Below are positions 39,837-52,957 of a stretch of DNA of 64,000 nt, piece by piece; within the stretch, counting starts at the first letter, position 1, and every line of letters starts with the position of its first letter. The DNA lies in the NCBI GenBank assembly GCA_000934665.2, contig KZ538013.1:1-64000 (forward strand), given 5' to 3'. The stretch is from Catajapyx aquilonaris. Taxonomy: Eukaryota. The notes below the pieces were generated by a model. That model saw nothing but the letters and a program-made list of their open reading frames with translations. It was not told the DNA's origin and made no database searches. A program made the translations under genes and the position numbers.

Positions 39837-42800
39837 ATGGAGACCACCTGTCCCACGAGCCTGCTACCGTGGAGGCGAAACGAGAGCCAATTGGAGGCTG
39901 CGAGGGACCAAGAATCCTCCACCTCGCAGCCCCCCAACACCACCTACAATGCTTCCTTTGTGGAGGCCACCACCGGTAAGCCTGCGCCTCCTTCATGCCC
40001 ACACCATCCATTTCATACGGGGTGTTTCTTTTGTAATTTATCATTTTTGCCTCCTCCTGAGGAGTGGACCTGGAGGCCCAGTTCCCGGTGTACCTCCGTC
40101 CGACGGTGACAGTGGTATGCGCGCTCATCCTGGCGGTGGGCGTGCTGGGCAACCTGCTGGTGCCCGTGGTGGTCTGGCGCACCAAGGACCTCCGCAGCTC
40201 CACTAACCTCTTCCTGGTCAACCTAAGCGTGGCCGACCTCCTGGTCCTTCTGGTCTGCATGCCCCCGGTACTAGTCGAGGTCCATGGCCGACCCGACGTA
40301 TGGCAACTAGGACCGGCCATGTGTGAGTCTTCTATTGTTGCCTTCCAGTCAACACCCTTGAGCGCATGATGCGACAGGTGCAGGTCCAAGAACTGTCGCC
40401 TCCCCATGACTTTTTTTCCCTTTCACCCCACTCTGTTACCACATCATCCGACTGACAACAACAGATTGGCTCCAGGGAAGACTCGGCGTGTCGGACTGAC
40501 AGCCCCAAAGACTCCCGCTGCCAAGGCCTCCTGAGAAAAGGAATGGCCTGCTTGATGGGCTCGTGTCAGATTCGTCGCTTCGGCCTTGCACGTCCCAAGG
40601 TTATTATAAGCGAACCGGTGCTAGCCATATGCGAATCGCTATTTTCGCTCAAAATCTGAAAGATAAATAGCGAAGGAGATGAATAAGGAGGCCGATGCGT
40701 CAATATTAGCACAAGACATATAGAGGTGGGAGATGCGCCCCATAACCTCTTCCGCCGATTATATTTAGCCGACTGCGGTAGGAATGCCGGTCGTTACGCT
40801 ACATGTATCATTATTATTACTACTCCCACTCATCCAGCTACAGCTCCAACTGGGCCGGAAAATTGGGCCCGCTGTCAAGCCAGCTACTGCCATGTCCACA
40901 GTGCAAATTATCACGTGGAGATCCATTTATTTCATCCGGACAAGCCCTTGCTCTCGAAAAAAAAAATATTAGCCTGAAGGCAAGCTAGTTGTAATTCACT
41001 TTGCGCCTGCCGATTATGCAGAAGGGTTGTCCCGGTTGCATACAAGGTAGGATGGCTGGTGGGTGGCCCCCCATCTCTTTTCTTCTGAATATTGCGAGGG
41101 CGGACCACTCTGGGTCCATTAAGGTGGGCGATCTTTTGTGGCTTCTCGGTTTTCTACTTGTCAGACGTGTCTAGGGTGGGTATGCCAGTTGCATCATTAG
41201 GGTTCATATTTGGCGGTGGGCACACAAATCGATCTAGATTTGCCAGACACTGCCTTCCGCTTCTATTAGTGTCGTAATGGATCACGTGACGATTCTTCCA
41301 GCTCGGCTGACGGTACTGGATGCGTGCAAGGGATTATAGGGTATGTGTTTAACAATCAATAGGCGGGTCTTCCTAGGTCCTTTGGCAAAGACGAGATCCA
41401 TCTATCAGAAGAAGGGGGTTGTAAAGGGGCGCGGAAGGAAGTGAGGAGTAATTCGATTAGGGCGAGTCAAAATAACAGCGCCCCAGGATTGAATTCCGAT
41501 GCAATTAAGCTTATGGGAAGAGGCGGATGAGAGGAAACATCCCACAAGACTTTTAGACAACCAGTGGAGGTTGTGTTGCATTGACTCACCACGTGCCTTT
41601 TATTGCTGAGTGTAAAAAGGGGCAGGAGGGCATTGATTTATATTGTAAAGCTTACAATGAAGGGAAAAAAGTGAAAGGAGATATATGGTTGTCTTCCAGG
41701 AAATGGCTTTTCTTTGTAGCCCCGTCCCGTTTGTTTGATCAGGTTGGGTCGGACATAAACGTGGTAAATTGCACACTCGGCTCCCAACCCCTGGGCAGGC
41801 AGCAGGCCCCACCAATGAATGGTTATTCCCAGTGAGATTTCCAGCAGGGAGCGACTGATACTATAGGGCTTCCGTGTCGTCCTATATGTATACCCTCTAT
41901 GTCTATACACCCTCTCTATACCGTGATGTCTGTTGGGAAATGCTATTATAAAATTGTCATTTATGACACATTTCTTTTGACTTATGGGCAGTATATCAAC
42001 GTGTAGTGTTTTGCTCGTAGAATTATATCTAATCTGATGGCATTTAATGGCAAAAGTCACATTTTAATAGAGCTTTCGTTGAAATCGGTTATGGTACACT
42101 ATCAAATATTGTTTTCAAAAATGTCTCAAAAGAAACGCTCTTATTCACTTGAAGATACAGTATCAACAAGAATGCAAATCCATGCAATTCATCCACACAA
42201 CTATATAGGTTGTCACCATGTCACGACTATATTTATATGGAAGCTCCAACACGCTGTAATCTGATACCGCTTCCCCATGCCATGCCACGTACTAAATGCA
42301 TAAACGAGCACACATTTGACATTATCAGGAAATGAAATTCAAAGCAGGCTTTGACTTGCTGCTGTTTGTTCAATTCAACCAGAACAGAAGCAGCAATCAC
42401 TCTTCTGTGAAAACAGCTAATGTATATAGTTGTGCAGAGTTCTTGGCCAGCATCAACACTTGTGGGTAACTGGAGTCTTACAGTGTGCCGATGTGTGTCT
42501 CCTGTTAGGTAAGCTGGTGCCATTTGTGGAGCTGACGGTGGCACATGCTTCCGTGCTGACCATCCTGGCCATCAGCTTCGAACGCTACTACGCCATTTGC
42601 CAACCCCTGAGGGCCGGATACACGTGCACCAGAATGCGGGCCTTGGCCGTGTGTCTTGGAGTCTGGCTGGCTGCCATCATCAGCACCAGGTGGATAAGAT
42701 ACCCTCTCATCAGTTCCCAACGCCCTTCAATATCGCACGTGGAATATAATGCGGTGTCATCTTCCACAGCCCCATGCTGGTGATAGCCGAGTACACGCAC

Positions 42801-43715
42801 GTCACGTACTACGACGGAAGTGACGTACCGGCTTGTATGACTCAGGCGCAGACTTTTTGGTCAATGTGCTACTTTTTGTCGGCCATCAGCATTTTTTTCT
42901 TCGTTCCTTTCGTGGTGCTCCTGGCTCTCTACGTGGTCATCGCTTGTCACCTGGTGGCCGACCCGGGGACGGCAGCTAATCCGCACCTCAGATCCAGAAA
43001 GCAGGTCACTCACTCACTGTCAGAATAATCTGCCCGTTGGAGCGGATGATAGTCATGTATAACTCCGGCATTCCCGTGTATCCGACAGGTGGTGGCCATG
43101 CTGGCGGCCGTGGTCCTGGTCTTCTTCGTCTGCCTGCTGCCCTTCCGCGTCCTCACCCTGTACATCGTGCTGGCATCCAGCGAAGATCTGCAAAACCTGC
43201 CCGTAGGAGCTTACTACAACCTCCTCTACTCCTCTCGAGTCATGCTCTACCTCAACTCGGCCGCAAATCCCATCCTGTACAACGTCATGAGCTCCAAATT
43301 CCGGGATGCATTCCTCAGGTCAGGGTTCACTCATGTACTGTATACCACTTAGGACATCTCCCCCAACTTACGCTTACATTGTAATACGTACAGGTTAATT
43401 TTGGGCCTGGCTGCCAAGGGTCCTCGAAGGCATCTGAGCCGACAGAGCACCTTCACCACCACGACGACCACCACAACTTCTGGCTCCAGTTCGTTTTCCA
43501 GCACTGGCAGCGCTCTGTTCAAGATGAAGTTTTCTGGAGGGAACGTGGGAGGCGGAAACCACAACAACAACGGGTTGGCCCGGGGCAGGGGTCGGAGGCA
43601 GAGGAGTGTGGATGAGGTGCTCCTCAACATGGCCTCAACGTCCGGAATCGTGCAGTCCGGAGGGCGAGGGACACACAAAGCCGTGGTTTTCGCCAGAGCC
43701 AACAGTGTCGTGTAA
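39837..43715 (+). CDS. ETHR: Ecdysis-triggering hormone receptor-like class A GPCR (A-type 3' half), about 455 aa
   Basis: Exons 39837-39975, 40062-40322, 42509-42689, 42770-43004, 43089-43318, 43394-43715 (1368 nt). GN in TM1, STNLFLVNLSVADLLVLLVC, VPFVELTVAHASVLTILAISFERYYAIC, RKQVV, YYNLLY, NPILYNVMSSKFRDAF match ETH receptors as I recall them. 5'UTR acceptor at 39752. Confidence 0.9.
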
Positions 43716-45635
43716 CATTTGACTCACATCGAAACGACAGGCTAAATTCCATATTTCTGTTTTAAAAATATTGTACTGTGCCAGAATTACAGACGAATTA
43801 TCGCATTGTTTAAAGCACATGTGCACTAGAGATAAATTAGTGCAGTGTTTAATTTGTAACATTGTGCAAGTTTTGGAACCATCTTGCTGTTCACAGGCGT
43901 GCGTCCAAATAATTAATGTTAATTGTATTAGGCACCGCGAATAGTATTTTTCTCAGCTCTTGGCATGCTTGGAGAGCCATCCAGTTTGTGGCCTTTTTCT
44001 TGCATCACAGCATTGCGCTGGCAGGAAGGAATGGATCAAGAGAAGCAAATGTGAACACTCCTGAGTTGAGACACCCTCTGCATATTGCAGACGGATAGAA
44101 ACCCCTTTAAAAATAATCCCCCCTTGACGTTTTCACCCCTGTGCGATTTGTTGCCACAAAATTACTAGGTCCATCCTCTCAGCACTCCATTACACGCCTC
44201 GGACAGACCAATCATGAGTGATGTATTGATGTTTTCTTTTTTTCTTTCTCTCTCGTTCTGGGACCAACCCTGCTCCTCCCCAACCCCACGTCCCGTTTCC
44301 CTAGGGTGAACAAACCCAGCACGGCAATATTATTGTTCCAACTCTAATCAATCAATATTCCCTTTCGTACCTGATATGCATTGTCAAATGGGGACAAATA
44401 AATGTATGACATCAACTTCCCCTCCATACCAGAAATACCACACCTCCCCATCCCCACAATTTTTCATTGAAAACCAAATGGAGGGGGCGGGAGGAGGGGA
44501 CGTGTGTCCCTCTAGCTTACAGTAATGGCGTTGCCAGGATAGCTATTACTCTCTGCCAACAGGACTCAAAAAGGTATCGAACCACGTCGCGAAAAACGCA
44601 CAATTCACATTGTATTCCTCTGGATCAAAGTGACGTTTGTCATTATTCAACACCCAGTATGTGTACTCTTGCCAAGCGGGAATTTCTCCCTTTTTGTCAT
44701 ACATTAAAAGTCTTCCAATTCGACTTTGTCGTTTTGAGTCCTGTTGTGAGTGCCCGAGTCCTATTTTAGGTGTGACTATGGATTATGGACGCTGTGTAGC
44801 AATCTCCTGATGCTATAGACCCGACGTTACCGACAATAACAACCAAAAATAAAAGCACCTCTTTGCACTAAAAGTGCCCCTAGATTGTGCTGTCATCCGA
44901 AACAGCAGACTATATTGCTGGTTTTAGGCTGCCTCGCGTACAGATATAATTATGCACAAGAAGCTCTAGGATAATAATTTATTAATGTATACCCGTTGTG
45001 TATCTATGTATACTGTACGAACTGTATTAATTTTAGTGGATCTAGGCTTCATCTGCACGGGAGCAGAGCTGTACAGGTACCTTTGAGGTCTGATAATGCG
45101 CGTTCACTTTAAACTGGGCAACACTGAGAACCAAGGATATGACCGTTAGTAGAAACAAATTAACCGACATGTATCTCCCAATATATTCGCTGCAAAGCGT
45201 TTCTACGACTGGTTTTTGGAGACTTTAATATTTGTTCAATATTAGTCTACTCTTCTCCGTGATAATAACGATATGATCGCGATGGAAAAATTTGCGCATA
45301 TGCCGAATCCACAAGAGAAATAATTGATATAAGCAAAGAACATAAGTCTGTCACTTAATGTACTGAGCTGTATATAGTTAGGCTAATGAGTAATGATTAA
45401 TAAAGATGGGTGATTCTTGTAAAATCTCTCAATTTGATACAATAATATTATGCTCTTGGAATGATGATACTGCACATCGTTGCTGTAGAAACACTACCAT
45501 TATTGTCATTATGGAAACTAAATTCTTGTTCATTACACCTACACCAAATTGATCATGGACGAAATCTTCAGCCCTTCGTGACCCCCATGTGCACGGCCTG
45601 GTGTCCTACCCAAATTATCAGTATAGAGGAAAATC

Positions 45636-48600
45636 ATGTCGCGCCACTCTGCAGTTCTGGAATCAGTAAGTGACACAAGTGTTCATCGCTTCATCCCCAT
45701 ACATGACAGTTACATCATTTCACCCTTCACTGGTAACCAACACAATTGCATCCTCCTCTCTCCTCCTGAAGAAAAGTCAGGCCGCAAGCCTTGGTGGGCA
45801 TGCATCTATCCGGGACATCCGGTCCACTTCATCTCGAGACCTCAGTAAGCCAAGAAAGTCATCCTCAAGAGATCTTGGCAGGAGACAAAGTGGTAAGAGC
45901 ATCGACAAGAGCAAGCAGTCCTTCCACACTGCAGTTGCATCATTCGACCCTATCCCTGTGGTGCCTGATGAAATTGTCAAGGTTTTGATGGAGTTCGACA
46001 GGGTGCACATCAAGGCAGTCAAAAAGGGGGCAGACTATGCCAGGTTGCGCCGTTACCTCTACAAGGATCAGCCAAAGACTGCCAGGAAGCTGCAGCTCAT
46101 TACACTGCATGCCACCAAGAACGACTTACTGTCTAGGCAAGTGGCTCAGCAAGTTGTGGAAAACTTCATCCGGCGAGAGGGTATAGTAAGTTCACAGAGA
46201 CATTTCCTGTTTCCATTCTTCACCAATGGCAAATACTGCAACTTGAAACCATGCATCTAATGGTTAGGTAAAGGCATTCCTTATACAGTATATGAGTCGC
46301 TTATTTTAAAGCTACTGCTGGAATGACAATGATGATAATGTGCGAGATGAGAATACTGTACTCCCATTTTTACACTGAATGGATAGCTTATACAAGAACC
46401 TAAACAATGACAAACTCAGTTTAATTTCCCACATTAATGTTCAATTCGCTATATCATTGAACACACATCTGAAAAATACCAGGCATGTACACCATTGACA
46501 TGCACCACAATCATCAACCACAATCACAAATGCTTCCTTTTGCAGGCATGTGTTAAAGGCTATTCCAAGATCTTAGATTTCCTTCAGCATGAACTTCATC
46601 GCTTATTCAGTCATTTCCACTTAGCCTATCTAAGTTTTTTGTTCCAACCCTCTCAGTATGGCCAGGTGCAAAGGGGAAGATTGAACAAATGCAGGAAATA
46701 TGACGAACTTAACCTGGGCTGACTATACAAAAGTTGGAGGAGAGTAGTGAAAAGTGGCATAATTGGAAAATATAACATCATGTAATGACAGTCATGTAAC
46801 TTAGATCTGTCATGGCCTATGAATATTCTCACTGCCTGTCACATGGAAACATTTAAAATGTTATTTGCATATTAATGGAAAATAGCACATATTGAGTTAT
46901 ACATTTTATTTTAAAATCTTAACATCAATACAGTGTATGAACATGGTACATATGAAAGAAATGATATGAACATGTAACAGAAATGATCTCAATGGATGTA
47001 GTCCTCAGTGAGTGTTGCCATAAACCTGTGACGCATCCTACAGCGTTTTGCCTTCCTGGAAACGGTTACTCGGCGCATAAAATATGCCTGTAAAGGTAAA
47101 CAAAACAGGTTTAAATAGCACCACTTGAATAAAATTTAGTCATGCTACAATCTACAGTATATCTCCTTATGCAATATATGCAGACCATGTTCTTCTATTC
47201 CAATGCTCCCATTCACCACAGCACTCAATTTATTGACAGCATCATCTTCAACAAAATGGAGGAGGATATGCTATGGTATGAGTAGGGAATTAGGCATGAT
47301 GGCCCCTTCATACGACTTTTTGCTGCCAAAGAGATTATACTCTAACTAATAATGGCAGAACAAAAATCAATAGACAAAGAAGGAAGTGGCTGTGGACATT
47401 CAGATACGGAAATTATTCTGGAATATTATTGTCCTAGAAGTCACCAGGGAGAGAAGGGAGGGGGGAAGTGCTCAATACTGCACAACAAAGTTGGAATCTC
47501 CCAAGTCACTTTATATTTAATCACTATATGCTGGTAAGTGGGGAAGAGGGTAGAGAGCACTTATTAGTGACTGGGTGCAGTAGGAATAGTAAAACATCAT
47601 CAGCTTATATAAAATGTATAGTTGTCTTCAAAGGATGCTCTCGCATGTGACTTTATTTGTGACTTCACATTTTTGTTGGATGGATTTGTCAAGAAGTGGA
47701 AGCAGAACCATCTGGAGAAAAAGCATGCAAGCATTGAGATTATGCCCTGAAACACAATCCTCGTGGCTCTCTGACTGGGCAGCGAAACTCAGTAGATCAA
47801 CGTAGGGTGGAAGGGGAGCCAGTTACATAAGCCACTATGCAAACCAGGGACCCACAATTCTGAACAGTAATCTGTGGGATTATAAGACAAAGATTCCTTT
47901 TTCTAATCCTATGCCTTCAAAAATAAACTTGTAAAGTATTCAGATTATAATAATGCATTACGAAAAACCAGTCAGTCATGGATATACCACAGTGCATGAG
48001 CCTAACAACTATCCTGCCAAAACACATCCACTGAACACTTGTACAGTACAGATAAGTATCAAAATAATTCCTCAACATCAACTACAAACCCATGGAGTTG
48101 GAGGTCTGAGTTTATTCTTGTAGGCCTTCTTCTCTGGTTCAGTCCACTGTACCTTGGGGTATTTCATCAGAAGAGAGTGTCCTAAGGCATGATACTGCCA
48201 CCTGTTCTGCCCTGGGTTGTCATTCTCGATGTACCTGTTGTTACTGTACACAAGACATCAGTGATTTCAAAAGTGTGCAAATTTTTTAATGAATATCAGC
48301 CAATATCAAACTTTGGTGCTGGCATTTGAAAAAATCAAGTAGAACTTGCCGTTTGCATTGGTTTAACAATTTCTCATTAACTTGGTTTAATTACATGCTC
48401 CAAGCTACCTTGGCACTAGGTCCTCAACTCCAACTTGCCATTTAAACTGCAGCAGGGCCAATTGGAGTCCAAGAACCTAGTCTGGAACTAGTTCGGAGCA
48501 GACAAATGAAACTGGTTGTAATTTTCACAAAAAGAAACAAAAATGAGCACTCGTAAGGGAGTACCCAAAGTTCCGAATGTATTTTATTTAAACTGAACCT

Positions 48601-51600
48601 CCATCCGAAGATCGTTCAGCTTAATTTAACCGTCGATTGTGCTTGAATTATCGCAAAATAATTCTGATAAGTCCACGATGGTTGGCCATCTCGTATTTCT
48701 ATTTTGTGCCAGGCACAATTATTTTGTAAAAAGTTCACATTTTTGTACTTTGGAATAATTCCAAACTGTTTGATTTTGTGCTCCATTTTTGTCCTCAAAA
48801 ATTATGCTGGCGGAAACAGGAAACCATATTAATGAAAAATTATTCCACCAGAAATTCACCTATTTCATTTTCCCAAATATACTCACTCCAAATATGCAAT
48901 GACCTCATCCCTCATGAGATTCTCCATATGTCTGCACATCTGAGGCTCACTCTCTCCTTCCAGAAACTTCTTGAGGATCGGCGAGAAGGGGGGTAGATCA
49001 TGAGGCCAGTTCTGGGATGGAGGGCCAGACATGTCCATCAAACTTTCCTCATCTGACATGCTGCTTGGAACGTAGTCTGAGTAATAGCGGTTGGAGTATA
49101 TATTGGCAATCTCACACATATTTGCGGGCCTCTTCATCAGACTACTTGGTGGCTTTTGAAAGAAAAAAATACACTCATTCAATCACTAATTATTGACTGC
49201 CACTGACTTCACACATTGACTTGAATGGATTAAAAACTACAATCATTGTTAGTTTTTTTGCCCGTCAGCAGCTTCTCTAAAAATATCACTCAAAAATATG
49301 CCTGATAATAAGTAGCCAAAATATGGTAAACGAGATGGCTCTGCAGCTATAGCTGTTGAAGTGAGCCTACCAATTGTAGGACAAAAGCAATTGTTGCTAC
49401 CTCTCAAACAATCTCTGTACCGTTGCCATGATGCCTACCCCCACTTCCCCGCCCTACGTTAGAACTTTATAGACTCGCATATCTAGTTTCATTCTCTCCT
49501 GCAACAATCAGCGACAATTGGCAATGACCCCAACAAACTTGTTTATGTATGCAGCATAGGAGGTTTCTACATGTCTGCGCTTAAGCATCTCTATGGCTTC
49601 AAAAATGGTTCAATTGACATATGCTTGCACGAAAAAATAGTACATGATCTAGCGCAAGTCACCCAGTTCATCTTTTTCCCATTTTCGGCCTAGAAATGAC
49701 CTTGTGGCGAATTTCAGGGAGAGGAAAATGGCTTTTCCGAAAAGTCCATTGAACACAGCGAAGAAATCGCGACAAAATGGGGCTCGCTTCTGTGCTCGTA
49801 TCTCCACGATTTTAATGCGATCGTGTCTAGTGTGGTTCTATTGTCAAGTCCAAACCTTTGCGCAGGGTTCACGAAGAAAATTTATTTTCCCTACGAAATG
49901 CGTTCTACAGCATTTTTGCTACTGCGCCACCTTAAAGTTGTCAGAGAACAATGAATGAAAATTGATCATGCAGAAAATACAGCATACCACACTAATAAAC
50001 TTGAAATTGTGATTTATACATTTAGGTGCTAGCATTAGCTCTTGGTGCTACGCCACACTGAACTCAATCATATTCGAGTTTCTCAATTTTGTTGATTAAA
50101 AAAAAAAGTAGTAACAAAGAAAAGCTTGTGATTTTTTAATACAATTCCGTGCTCCTGGAAATGGGTACAAATACTTTTAAATGAAGTCATCATACTATAC
50201 TTGTTAGTTGTTACTGGTTATTTGTAACAACATCACATAAAAAAGTGGGTAGTAATGCATTACCTTCACTTAACTACTTAACATTTAACGTGTTTCCAGC
50301 ACATACTCACTTCATCTTCACTTCCACAGATGGTGTGCAAAACATCATCACATTCTTGCTTAATTTGCACTGGATGACTAGGCTCTGACTCAATTGGCCT
50401 GTCATGTTCCTGTGCTGTTTCTGTCAAAGAAATGCCAGCTCAATGCAGCCACAAAATTTGCAGTTTTAATCCTCACAATAAGTTAACATTTAAGAGTTTA
50501 TTTTAATAATTTACTTTCCTTACTCATGTAGCCTACACTACTGGGACTACACTGGCAGTGGGGAGGAGGAGTGGTGCTGCAGTAATGAACACGCACATGC
50601 CCATGGAGGGAAGGGTCCTGGGTTTGATCCCAAGCCTTTGGGTTTGCCTCCCTTCCATGTCATGCTGTCTCTGGTGGGATTCCTTGAGACTAACCACCCA
50701 AGAGAACTTCCAAAATGATCAAGCATTAACAATGCACTTGCACCTTGCACTTCTCCTCCTCCTACTCACCCCTGCCAATGGACCCATGTGCTTCAGTCCT
50801 TCACAAAAATGTTCCACCCATGCATGTTACAGTATAAACAATGAAGGTTCTGTGCAAGGAATACACCCAATTATAGTAAAATACAATAACCACAAATACA
50901 CTTCAAGTCATAGTAGAAAAATTGCTGTGAACATTCCAGTTTCAAAACTGGCAAAACCCAAAAAAAACATTCCTCTTACCTCCCACCCTGGCATGAACAG
51001 CAGGGGCATGCCCACAGTAGTCGCACCAGTGCCACGGCCTGCCATACCCCACCAGGACCATGCTCCTGGCATACTTGTCACAGTCACAATTTCCCTCTTT
51101 GCACCATCCCCTGGCCACCCCACGAATATCCACGTGTGTAAACTCCATCTCTCGTCTCTCTACAAAAATGAGACGAAAATGTTGACACATTGCAAACATT
51201 ACCAAATGATTATAAAAGGACCACAACTCCATGTACAATTTATTATACTTCCAATTATTCCCTTCTCCATTTTTCAGCGTTTGCAAAAAGTAATGGACAA
51301 TGTGTCTGAGAAGGAGATGTGGCAAAAGATCAAGAGGATTGAAAATATTGTCAACAAGAAGCGTTATGGGACAGATATACAAACAGAAGTGCAGTACGCA
51401 ATTCATGGATGCGAAAATAAGGTACAGAGAGAGAGAGAGAGAAAAGAAACTGCTTGTTGTTACTCTTATTATTGCACCGTATGGTCCCGCCGCCTGCCGC
51501 GCCGCCACCTGCAGATCTGAGGAGCTGGAGCCGGTCTCCAGCCCTTATTCCCTGCCCTACACCCCGCTCCTTATTCCGTGTGGCCGGCTACGTCGTGTGC

Positions 51601-52957
51601 CCCAGCTGAGGCCGGCAATCGGGCATTGACGTGCCCAGATGTCACAATGTTTGGAGATGAGATGAGAGAGAGGGATGCTGCAGGTGACAGGCGGACAGAC
51701 TCCTCTCCAGAGAGAGACTATATGTCAATTATATCAATGATAATCCATCGGGTGCGATACCATACCGATTCTGGCACCACTGGATACGGTAGCCCGCTGC
51801 ATACAGTACTTTGCTTCGGGCAATAATGCGGAGTAAAATATTCAGGTGCATAAAGCCAGCTATAAAGCTAATTGCGCAAAGGTTCGGCGCGAATGCCTAA
51901 GGCGAGAATTGTCCCTCTTCAGCAATGTCTCATTACACCATAATGAATATTTCCACTGTAAATCTTGGTGCTTGAATCCCTATGTGTTTTGGCTTATTTG
52001 ATCAGATAGGTTATTGCAGCCGGTTTCAGCTGTATAGTAACTAACTTGCTAATGTGTTTGATACAGGCACATGTAAATATGTAGGCTACTCTATACTTGC
52101 CTGATGTAAATTTTGACAGGTGCGTCGTGAAGTCTACCGTGACTGCATGGATCTAATGGCTGTGATACGCACTGTCATGACATCCAGGTTAAAAAGCTCA
52201 GCACTTGAACACGATGATTATGATGACGATGAACGTGTTGACCCCAGTGTTGCCATGAACTTTCTCTACATCTGCTGCCCATGCTGCTACACAAAGTCAG
52301 TGATTCCTTTTTGTCTTATTTATTTAACAGTCATAACTGCATGTAATAACATACCGTACCTAAAGGGATTGTGCCAAGGCAAGCATTAATAGCATTCATT
52401 CAGGAGGGAAGCCTAAACAGTTTTAAGGCAGGTCCAGATGTGCAAAGGGGAGGATTGATAATTCATAATAGAATTAGTAAATCATGACACACTACATATT
52501 TTTCACAAAAAAAACTGAAAATCTAATCCAATATAGGTGGTGAGATGTCCACTCTAATGGAGTCGACTGTCTATCCAACTAAAAGTTGCATTAGCCATAT
52601 GGGGAATGACAATTTTAGTATGCATCCAAAAGGTACGTTAAATTCAAGCGGTCGTCCCTATACAATGTGTTCCTAGTATTCGAGTACTTTTATCTATTAC
52701 AAATTTCACTAGAATTTATTTTTATGTTGTGTTTTTCACCTTGATTGAGGTGCCCATTATTTACAAGCTGATATATTTGACCCCACCTGGAAATTTGGCA
52801 AAATGCGATATCTAAAAGGACTCAGATACTTCAAACACCCTGTATATGCAGTTGACCATGTATTTTTGTGCCAAAATCAATACAAGTTATGACCCCTTTT
52901 TTTTCTCTTGGCAGATTGGTGTACCCTCAGAAGTACATTAAGCCTTCCAAGGTGTGA
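45636..52957 (+). CDS. Orphan protein of about 268 aa (Ser/Arg/Lys-rich N-terminus, helical core, C-terminal CCPCC)
   Basis: Exons 45636-45665, 45772-46185, 51278-51421, 52120-52295, 52915-52957 (807 nt, phase-consistent). TCAGT initiator-like motif at about 45618, AATAAA at 53040. Extra exons within the 5.1 kb intron cannot be excluded. Confidence 0.6.
46989..51148 (-). CDS. Cys/His finger plus helical-domain protein of about 262 aa, nested antisense in the host intron
   Basis: Minus-strand exons 51148-50980, 50420-50311, 49152-48887, 48234-48090, 47087-46989 (789 nt, phases 1/0/2/0). N-terminal RGWCKEGNCDCDKY..CDYCGHAPAVH, IKQE motif, C-terminal LPPFSPILKKFL..YHALGHSLLMKYPK..PWAYFMRRV. Minus-strand AATAAA at 46910-46905. 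An acceptor at 51160 implies a further upstream exon. Confidence 0.75.

Noticed and set aside
39709..40407. 232-aa minus-strand ORF
   Set aside because: Antisense to the GC-rich ETHR exons.
46546..47805. Possible extra + strand exons (about 46546, 47222, 47632)
   Set aside because: I could not chain the phases consistently, while the direct 46185-51278 splice is in frame. Not fully excluded.
50558..51520. 320-aa + strand ORF as a single gene
   Set aside because: Composite: only 51278-51421 has splice signals; part of the rest is antisense to the Cys/His-finger exon.
52820..52845. Tc1/mariner-like end (caccctgtata); similar single ends near 18075-18095 and 63820-63845
   Set aside because: No matching partner TIR found, so no element can be delimited.
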